A stretch of 64,000 nucleotides of DNA from an uncultured Bacteroidales bacterium (GTDB lineage: Bacteria > Bacteroidota > Bacteroidia > Bacteroidales > Bacteroidaceae), in the NCBI GenBank assembly GCA_902783655.1, contig CACZRZ010000036.1, positions 164 through 64,163 of the forward strand. Direction: 5' to 3'. Shown here in pieces: positions 1 to 6,697 of this stretch. Every line of letters begins with the position of its first letter. The stretch's first letter is position 1. Position numbers and translations under genes: made by a program. The notes beneath the pieces are model-generated. The model saw nothing but the letters and a program-made list of their open reading frames with translations. It had not been told where the DNA came from and searched no databases.

Positions 1-1871
1 CGACGGACAAGGACAGTGGCGAGGTGACGAACCTGGGACGTGGTGGAAGCGACTACACGGCGAGCATCATAGCCGCAGCACTGGATGCCAGCGTGCTGGA
101 GATATGGACTGATGTGGACGGCTTCATGACTGCCGACCCCAAGGTCATTCAGACGGCTTATCCCATTCCTGAACTGACCTATGTGGAGGCAATGGAGTTG
201 TGCAACTTCGGTGCCAAGGTGGTCTATCCGCCTACCATCTATCCCGTCTGTGTCAAGAACATACCCATACTCATCAAGAACACTTTCAATCCTGCTGCCA
301 AAGGCACCATCATCCAGAAGGAGGTGGAGGACGACGTGCGCAGCATCAAGGGCATCTCGAGCATCAAGGGCACCAGCCTGATAACCGTCTCCGGTCTGTC
401 CATGGTTGGTGTCATCGGTGTCAACCGTCGCATTTTCTCCTGTCTCGCAGACAACGGCATATCGGTGTTCATGGTCAGTCAGGCATCGTCGGAAAACAGT
501 ACCAGTATCGGCGTGCGCGACGTGGAGGTGGAAGAGGCCTGCCGTGTGTTGAACGAAGAGTTCGAGCGCGAGATAGAGGACGGCAAGATGTTCCCCATGC
601 AGGCCGAAAGCGGACTTGCTACGGTGGCCATTGTGGGCGAGAACATGAAGCATACGCCGGGCATTGCCGGTAAGTTGTTCGGAACGCTGGGCCGCAGTGG
701 TATCTCTGTCATCGCCTGCGCTCAGGGTGCCTCTGAGACCAACATCTCGTTTGTCATCAGTGATAAATTCCTGCGCAAGGCCTTGAACTCTATCCACGAC
801 TCCTTCTTCCTCTCAGAATATCAGGAGGTGAACCTCTTCATCTGCGGCGTGGGCACCGTAGGCGGCAGTCTCTTGGAACAGATACGTCAGCAGCAGGAGA
901 AGTTGATGCGCGAACTGCGTGTCAAACTCAATGTTGTGGGCATCGCCAGCGGGCACAATGCCATGTTCAGCCGCGAGGGCCTGAAACTCGACAACTGGCA
1001 CGAACAGCTCCGCCAGTCGCCGGCAAGCAACATCAAGCGTCTGCGCGACGAGGTAATCGGCATGAACATCTTTAACAGTGTCTTTGTCGATTGTACGGCT
1101 TCGCCCGATGTGGCAGGCCTGTATAGGGACTTCCTCGATCATAACATCAACGTCGTGGCAGCCAACAAGATAGCAGCCAGCAGCGATTTTGCCAACTATC
1201 GTGAACTGAAGCAGATAGCGCAGAAACGAGGCGTGAAGTTCCTCTTCGAGACCAACGTAGGTGCCGGGCTGCCCATCATCCGTACCATCAACGACCTGGT
1301 GAACTCCGGCGACAAGATACTGAAGATAGAGGCCGTGCTCAGTGGTACGCTGAACTTCATCTTCAACACGATAAGCAAGGACATCCCCTTCAGCGAAACC
1401 GTACGTATGGCCAAGGCCGAAGGCTACAGCGAGCCCGACCCGCGCATCGACCTCAGTGGCAAGGATGTCATACGCAAACTGGTCATCCTCACGCGTGAGG
1501 CAGGATATGAGATAGAGCAGAAGGACGTTGAGGCCCACCTGTTCATTCCCGACAGCCTGTTCCAAGGTTCCCTCGACGAGTTTTGGGAACAGTTGCCCGC
1601 ATTGGATGCCGAATGGGAACAGCGTCGTCAGGAACTGGAGAAGAACCACCGCGTTTGGCGCTTCGTGGCCAAGTTCGAGAACGGACGGGGCAGCGTATCG
1701 CTTCAGGAGTTCGACCAGGATCATTCGTTCTACGTGCTGGAAGGTTCGAACAACATCGTGCTGCTCACCACAGAGCGCTACAACGAATATCCCATGCTCA
1801 TTCAGGGCTATGGAGCCGGAGCCTCGGTTACGGCCGCCGGTGTGTTTGCAGATATTATGAGTTTAGCATAG
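1..1871 (+). CDS. thrA: bifunctional aspartokinase / homoserine dehydrogenase, 5' end cut by the window edge
   Basis: The frame is open from the window edge. It has an aspartokinase C-terminal part (GGSDYTASIIAAAL, ACT-like region) followed by a homoserine dehydrogenase half (ICGVGTVGG ... QGYGAGASVTAAGVFADI). It is followed by thrC in the same orientation. Confidence 0.9.
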   Translation, partial: TDKDSGEVTNLGRGGSDYTASIIAAALDASVLEIWTDVDGFMTADPKVIQTAYPIPELTYVEAMELCNFGAKVVYPPTIYPVCVKNIPILIKNTFNPAAKGTIIQKEVEDDVRSIKGISSIKGTSLITVSGLSMVGVIGVNRRIFSCLADNGISVFMVSQASSENSTSIGVRDVEVEEACRVLNEEFEREIEDGKMFPMQAESGLATVAIVGENMKHTPGIAGKLFGTLGRSGISVIACAQGASETNISFVISDKFLRKALNSIHDSFFLSEYQEVNLFICGVGTVGGSLLEQIRQQQEKLMRELRVKLNVVGIASGHNAMFSREGLKLDNWHEQLRQSPASNIKRLRDEVIGMNIFNSVFVDCTASPDVAGLYRDFLDHNINVVAANKIAASSDFANYRELKQIAQKRGVKFLFETNVGAGLPIIRTINDLVNSGDKILKIEAVLSGTLNFIFNTISKDIPFSETVRMAKAEGYSEPDPRIDLSGKDVIRKLVILTREAGYEIEQKDVEAHLFIPDSLFQGSLDEFWEQLPALDAEWEQRRQELEKNHRVWRFVAKFENGRGSVSLQEFDQDHSFYVLEGSNNIVLLTTERYNEYPMLIQGYGAGASVTAAGVFADIMSLA

Positions 1872-1872
1872 G

Positions 1873-1916
1873 AACCCCCGTCCCAGGCCCTCCCCGAGGG
1901 GAGGGAGTATATACTG
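1873..1916 (-). repeat. G/C-rich palindromic G-tract element, copy E1 (G-rich strand is the minus strand)
   Basis: The reverse complement reads CAGTATATACTCCCTCCCCTCGGGGAGGGCCTGGGACGGGGG. This nearly matches the copy at 46427-46467. It contains the palindrome CCCTCCCC-GA-GGGGAGGG. Confidence 0.75.
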
Positions 1917-1931
1917 GTATAAAGATGATAT

Positions 1932-3488
1932 ATGAATACAGATAATAACATTAACATCAATAGTAACTACTCCTCCCCCTCGGGGGAGGTTGGGAGAGGG
2001 GTTGGTGGGTCTAAGCACTTGATAATCCTTGCTGACGGCATGGCCGACTGGCCTGTCGAACAACTGGGAGGCAAGACCCTCCTGCAATATGCTGATACGC
2101 CCCACTTCGACTTCCTGGCCCGCAATGGCCGCTGTGGCATGCTCAAGACTGTGCCCGATGGGTTCCATCCGGGCAGCGAGGTGGCCAACAGCAGCATCCT
2201 GGGCTACGACCAACATCTGGTTTACGAAGGGCGTGGCCCCTTGGAGGCAGCCAGCATCGGTGTCGAATTGGCACCCGACGACTTGGCGCTGCGATGCAAT
2301 CTGGTTTGCCTGGAAGGCGACCTCCTGAAGAATCACTCCTGCGGACGCCTGGAGACAGCCGAGGGCGATGTTCTCATCCGTTTCCTTCAAGAGCATCTGG
2401 GCAGCGAGCGCATACATTTCTACACGGGTGTGCAATATCGTCATCTGCTGGTCATTAAGGGTGGAAACAAGCACTTCCATTGTACGCCTCCACATGACAT
2501 TCCCCTGCAACCGTGGAGGAAAAACCTTCCCCTGGTCCCCTCCCAAGGAGAGGGCGTGAGCCATATGAAGGAAATGGGTGCAGACGACAAGGGACGGATG
2601 TCGCCCGAGGAAACTGTTCAGTTGCTCAACGAACTGATACTGAAGAGTCAGGAACTGCTCAAGGACCATCCCCTGAACAAGGAGCGCATGGCACGCGGCA
2701 TGGACCCTGCCAACAGCATCTGGCCGTGGGGTGGGGGATACCGCCCCAGGATGAAGACCCTGATGGAACGTTTCCCGTCGGTCAAGAGCGGGGCCGTCAT
2801 CACGGCTGTCGATCTCATTCGTGGTATCGGCAAGTATGCCGGTCTGCGTGTCATCGATGTACCAGGGGCAACGGGCCTTTGGGACACCAACTACGAAGGA
2901 AAGGCACAGGCAGCCATTGATGCCCTGAAGACCGACGACTTCGTCTATCTCCACGTGGAGGCCTGCGACGAGGCTGGGCACGATGGCGACCTGGAACTGA
3001 AGTTGAAGTGCATCGACTGCCTCGACAAACGTCTCGTCCGTCCCATCTTGGAACAACTTTCCTCCCCTCGTGGAGGTCAGGAGGAGGTCTCCATAGCCCT
3101 GCTGCCTGACCATCCTACGCCCGTGGCGCATCGCACACACACCAACGAGCCCATACCCTTCTGCATCTATACGCCCGGCATAGAGCCCGACCAGGTGCAG
3201 ACCTTCGACGAAGTGGCTTGTCAGCAAGGCTCCTACGGTTTGCTCGAGGGAGATGGCTTCATAAATGTATTTATTAATTCAAAATTCAAAATGAAGCTGC
3301 GCTTTGAGTCCGTTGGCCATTTGAATCTTGAATTAAATAATTTTGAATTTACCTATGCGGTACTATACTACCAACGGCAAGGCACCACTTGCCACTCTGG
3401 AGAAGGCTGTCGTAAAGGGACTGGCCGAAGACAAGGGGCTCTATATGCCCGAACGTATCAATCCGCTTCCCCAGGCGTTTTTCGATGA
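1932..3488 (+). CDS. cofactor-independent phosphoglycerate mutase-family (apgM-like, metalloenzyme superfamily) protein of the thr operon; 3' end uncertain
   Basis: Family-like motifs include KHLIILADGMADWP, GSEVANSSILGYD, YLHVEACDEAGHDGD and LLPDHPTP. The ORF has no stop at the expected C-terminus (about 3260) and runs on to 3488, overlapping thrC. Confidence 0.75.
   Translation: MNTDNNININSNYSSPSGEVGRGVGGSKHLIILADGMADWPVEQLGGKTLLQYADTPHFDFLARNGRCGMLKTVPDGFHPGSEVANSSILGYDQHLVYEGRGPLEAASIGVELAPDDLALRCNLVCLEGDLLKNHSCGRLETAEGDVLIRFLQEHLGSERIHFYTGVQYRHLLVIKGGNKHFHCTPPHDIPLQPWRKNLPLVPSQGEGVSHMKEMGADDKGRMSPEETVQLLNELILKSQELLKDHPLNKERMARGMDPANSIWPWGGGYRPRMKTLMERFPSVKSGAVITAVDLIRGIGKYAGLRVIDVPGATGLWDTNYEGKAQAAIDALKTDDFVYLHVEACDEAGHDGDLELKLKCIDCLDKRLVRPILEQLSSPRGGQEEVSIALLPDHPTPVAHRTHTNEPIPFCIYTPGIEPDQVQTFDEVACQQGSYGLLEGDGFINVFINSKFKMKLRFESVGHLNLELNNFEFTYAVLYYQRQGTTCHSGEGCRKGTGRRQGALYARTYQSASPGVFR
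1962..2009 (+). repeat. G/C-rich palindromic G-tract element, copy E2 (inside the 5' end of the apgM-like ORF)
   Basis: The sequence is AGTAACTACTCCTCCCCCTCGGGGGAGGTTGGGAGAGGGGTTGGTGGG. It is translated as SSPSGEVGRGVGG and lies in inverted orientation relative to E1. Confidence 0.75.
2525..2566 (-). repeat. degenerate copy (E3) of the G/C-rich element inside the apgM-like ORF
   Basis: The reverse complement reads ATATGGCTCACGCCCTCTCCTTGGGAGGGGACCAGGGGAAGG, with the same layout of an AT-start, a C-rich arm, a G-rich arm and G tracts. It is translated as LVPSQGEGVSH. Confidence 0.5.
3057..3087 (+). repeat. degenerate copy (E4) of the G/C-rich element inside the apgM-like ORF
   Basis: The sequence is CTTTCCTCCCCTCGTGGAGGTCAGGAGGAGG, translated as SSPRGGQEE. 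Confidence 0.45.
3272..3353. repeat. inverted repeat built from AATTCAA-type heptamers, immediately upstream of thrC
   Basis: Arm AATTCAAAATTCAAAATG (3276-3293) pairs with CATTTGAATCTTGAATT (3318-3334) around a 24-nt loop. Further heptamer-like sequence continues up to the thrC start. Confidence 0.7.
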
Positions 3489-4683
3489 GATGCCCAACCT
3501 CTCGTTTCAGGAGGTTGCCTATCGTGTGGCGCAGCAGTTTTTTGGCGAGGACGTTCCAGCCGAGGACTTGAAGCGCATCGTCTTCGACACCCTTTCGTTC
3601 GACTGCCCCATCGTGAAGGTGGAGGACAATATCTACTGTCTCGAACTCTTCCACGGGCCCACGTTGGCCTTCAAGGACGTTGGCGCCCGTTTTATGGCCC
3701 GTCTGCTCCAATATTTCTCTTCCCCCTCGGGTGAGGCCGGGAGAGGGACCGTCAATGTCCTCGTTGCCACCTCTGGCGACACAGGTTCGGCTGTAGCCAA
3801 CGGCTTCCTCGGCGTAGAGGGCATCCACGTCTATGTGCTCTATCCCAAAGGCAAGGTGTCGCCCATCCAGGAGTGTCAGTTTGCCACCTTGGGCCAGAAC
3901 ATCACAGCCATTGAGGTGGACGGTGTCTTTGACGATTGTCAGGCTCTCGTGAAGTCTGCCTTCATGGATGCCGACCTCAATGCTCACATGCGTCTCACTT
4001 CGGCCAACAGCATCAACGTTGCCCGCTTCCTGCCCCAGTCGTTCTATTATTTCTGGGCTGTGGCGCAGTTGAGTGAAGAATTAAAAGTGAAGAGTGAAGA
4101 ATTAAGAAAGAAGGTCGTGTGCTGTGTTCCCTCTGGCAACTTTGGCAACATCTGTTCTGCCCTGTTTGGCAAGCGCATGGGGCTGCCCATCTCGCGCTTC
4201 ATTGCTGCCAATAATCGCAACGATGTCTTCTACGAATACCTGCAGACAGGCGAGTACCGTCCGCGCCCCAGTGTGCAGACGCTGGCCAATGCGATGGACG
4301 TTGGCGACCCCAGCAACTTCGCCCGTATCTATGACCTTTATGGAAAGAGCCACGAGGCCATCGCGAAGGACATCTCCGGTGCTACCTATACCGACGAGCA
4401 GATAGCCGAGACCATCCGCCAATGCCTGCAGGAAACGGGTTATCAACTCGACCCCCACGGCGCCTGTGGCTATCGTGCCCTGAAGGAGCAACTTCGTCCC
4501 GGCGAGGTGGGATTCTTCCTCGAGACAGCCCATCCTGCCAAGTTCAAGGATACGGTAGAGGCAATCACAGGCCAGCCCGTAGAGATTCCCGAGCGCCTGG
4601 CTACCTTTATGCAAGGGAGGAAGCAAAGCGTTCCCATGACCAAGGACTTTGCCGACTTCAAGGCATATCTCCTTGCCCAGTAG
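3355..4683 (+). CDS. thrC: threonine synthase
   Basis: Motifs include MRYYTTNGKAPL, the PLP-lysine context GPTLAFKDVGARF, TSGDTGSAVA and VPSGNFGN. The ORF track starts at TTG 3343, but ATG 3355 gives a typical N-terminus. Confidence 0.93.
   Translation: MRYYTTNGKAPLATLEKAVVKGLAEDKGLYMPERINPLPQAFFDEMPNLSFQEVAYRVAQQFFGEDVPAEDLKRIVFDTLSFDCPIVKVEDNIYCLELFHGPTLAFKDVGARFMARLLQYFSSPSGEAGRGTVNVLVATSGDTGSAVANGFLGVEGIHVYVLYPKGKVSPIQECQFATLGQNITAIEVDGVFDDCQALVKSAFMDADLNAHMRLTSANSINVARFLPQSFYYFWAVAQLSEELKVKSEELRKKVVCCVPSGNFGNICSALFGKRMGLPISRFIAANNRNDVFYEYLQTGEYRPRPSVQTLANAMDVGDPSNFARIYDLYGKSHEAIAKDISGATYTDEQIAETIRQCLQETGYQLDPHGACGYRALKEQLRPGEVGFFLETAHPAKFKDTVEAITGQPVEIPERLATFMQGRKQSVPMTKDFADFKAYLLAQ
3711..3747 (+). 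repeat. G/C-rich element copy E5, in frame inside thrC
   Basis: The sequence is ATATTTCTCTTCCCCCTCGGGTGAGGCCGGGAGAGGG. It is translated as FSSPSGEAGRG, just before the conserved VLVATSGDTG motif. Confidence 0.7.
4072..4113 (+). repeat. six tandem heptamers (42 bp) in frame inside thrC
   Basis: The units are AGTGAAG AATTAAA AGTGAAG AGTGAAG AATTAAG AAAGAAG, translated as SEELKVKSEELRKK. Confidence 0.7.
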
Positions 4684-4701
4684 TAATCAAGGGGGTGGGT
4701 G

Positions 4702-5424
4702 CTATTTCCCCAAGAACTTTGTGTTCAGGTAGGCCTGGAAGTTTTCCCTGTAAAGGTCGCCGATGGGTAGATGAGTATCATCATCCATGATGACCCGGTT
4801 CTTGTTTACCTCTTGGATTCTGGTAAGGTTTACGATGTAGGAACGGTGTATGCGCATGAAGTCGTCTGGCAACCGTTCCTCCATCTTTTTCATCGACAGG
4901 AGGGTGATGATGGGCTTCGGCTCGTTCTCTATCCATATTTTCAGATACTCGCTCATGGCCTCGACATAACGGATGTCGGGGATGTGGACTTTCGTGATAC
5001 GGTAGTCGGTCTTCACGAATATGACACTGTCGTCTTCAGCAGGGAGAGCCGATGGGTGGGAGGAGTTTTCCAACCTTTCTTTCAGTCTGTTTGCCGCCCT
5101 TTGGAACTCCTGGAGGCTGAAGGGCTTCAGCAGATAGTCAACGGCGTTGACACGGAAACCCTCGACGGCATATTCGGAGTATGCGGTGGTGAAGACGATG
5201 AGTGGCGGAACAGTGAGCGACTTCACGAAATCCATGCCGTTGAGGTCGGGCATGTTGATGTCGCAGAAGATGGCATCTACGGCATCGTTTTCGAGAAACG
5301 CACGGGCCTCCAGGGCACTCTGGCACTGGGCGGCAAGTTCGAGAAACGGCACCTTACTGATATAGGTGACGAGCTGCTTGAGCGCTAATGGCTCATCGTC
5401 AATGGCAAGACAACGGAGAGGCAT
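4702..5424 (-). CDS. LytTR-family response regulator
   Basis: There is a receiver domain (LAIDDEPLAL ... DAIFCDINMPDLNG) and a C-terminal LytTR domain (IRYVEAMSEYLKIW ... FMRIHRSYIVNL). Confidence 0.9.
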   Translation of the reverse strand: MPLRCLAIDDEPLALKQLVTYISKVPFLELAAQCQSALEARAFLENDAVDAIFCDINMPDLNGMDFVKSLTVPPLIVFTTAYSEYAVEGFRVNAVDYLLKPFSLQEFQRAANRLKERLENSSHPSALPAEDDSVIFVKTDYRITKVHIPDIRYVEAMSEYLKIWIENEPKPIITLLSMKKMEERLPDDFMRIHRSYIVNLTRIQEVNKNRVIMDDDTHLPIGDLYRENFQAYLNTKFLGK

Positions 5425-5428
5425 TGGG

Positions 5429-5462
5429 GAGAGTTGAAAGTTGAGAGTTGAAAGTTGAAGAG
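5429..5462. repeat. AGTTGAR heptamer tract filling the kinase / regulator intergenic gap
   Basis: The tract reads GAGTTGA AAGTTGA GAGTTGA AAGTTGA AG, between the stop at 5464-5466 and the start at 5422-5424. Confidence 0.7.
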
Positions 5463-5463
5463 G

Positions 5464-6636
5464 CTAAAGTGTGGTTTCGAGTGGGATGTCCATCACCACT
5501 TCGTATGTGTCGTCCGTCTCGTGGACGTCGAGGGTAAAACGGTCTTTGTATATCATGCTCAGGCGCTGACGGACATTCGCCAGACCTACACCGCCCTGTC
5601 GGGGCAGTGAGGAGGCCTCCTGCTGACGGTGCTTGCTGTTGCGGCAGGTCCAGTGTAGCCGCTCGCCGCCTTCTTGGTCTTGATAGCGCTTTTCCTCTAT
5701 CGCGATGAAGCTCTCTTTCTGGTAGCTTACGCCATGCTTGAAGGCGTTCTCCACAAACGAGATGAAAAGCAAGGGAGGTACGCAGACGTCGGTTCCAGCA
5801 TCGGCAGTGATGGCTGTGAACTGCAGTTTGTCGCCGTATCGCATGCGCATCAGTTGGACGTAGTTTCGCATGAAGTCCACTTCCTGCGACATGAGTACGC
5901 GTTTCTTGTTGCTTTCATAGAGTACGTAGCGAAGAATCTTCGACAGTTGTATGACGGCCTCCTGTGCCTTGGGCGGTTCTATTTCTATCAGGGCGTGGAT
6001 GTTGTTCAGTGTGTTCATCAGGAAGTGAGGGTTCAGTTGGTAGCGCAGATACTCCAACTGCTGTTCCAGATTCTTGTGTTCCAGTTCGGCCAGGCGTTTG
6101 CGGTCGTTGCGCCCACGGAAATATCCCTTGATGCCCACGTTGGCGGCAAACATCAGAATGAGCACCATGACGGCCAAGATGTCGTGCTCGCCGACGATGG
6201 GTGGCGGAGCATCGCCATGTCTCACCCCTTTCCTCCCATGTGGGTGGTGAATGGGCGCTTGAAGTGGGTCGTAGTGCCGTTCTTTCGTATGGAAGCCCAC
6301 CTCGCTGTGGAGTCGCCTTGGCATCTTTGGCCTGCTGCTGCACTGGTAAACTGTGAACAGTGCAACGATGGCGGCAATGATGGAGAAATAAGCCGCACGA
6401 TTGTGCTTGTTCACCAGCAGTGGTGCTAACAGGAAATTGTGGATTAGGAACAGCAACAGGTAGATGGCATACTTCCGCCATACGATGAACACCTCCATCC
6501 AATTGAACTCGACGTCGGGGATACTGATCACCCTGACATATAAACTCAGTATGGGGGCTGCAAAGAGCAAACCCCACACTGCCAGGTAAATCAGATTCTC
6601 CTGTCGCGATTGTTTCATCCAGTTTTTTCTTTCCAT
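5464..6636 (-). CDS. LytS/YehU-type sensor histidine kinase
   Basis: The N-terminus has transmembrane segments. The His_kinase motif QLNPHFLMNTLNNI is present, followed by a C-terminal ATPase part (GGVGLANVRQRL). Confidence 0.85.
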   Translation of the reverse strand: MERKNWMKQSRQENLIYLAVWGLLFAAPILSLYVRVISIPDVEFNWMEVFIVWRKYAIYLLLFLIHNFLLAPLLVNKHNRAAYFSIIAAIVALFTVYQCSSRPKMPRRLHSEVGFHTKERHYDPLQAPIHHPHGRKGVRHGDAPPPIVGEHDILAVMVLILMFAANVGIKGYFRGRNDRKRLAELEHKNLEQQLEYLRYQLNPHFLMNTLNNIHALIEIEPPKAQEAVIQLSKILRYVLYESNKKRVLMSQEVDFMRNYVQLMRMRYGDKLQFTAITADAGTDVCVPPLLFISFVENAFKHGVSYQKESFIAIEEKRYQDQEGGERLHWTCRNSKHRQQEASSLPRQGGVGLANVRQRLSMIYKDRFTLDVHETDDTYEVVMDIPLETTL

Positions 6637-6697
6637 ATACAGTAAAAGTAATTCGATTACACAGCGGAACTGACCCTATTGTGTAAAAATATGGTGT

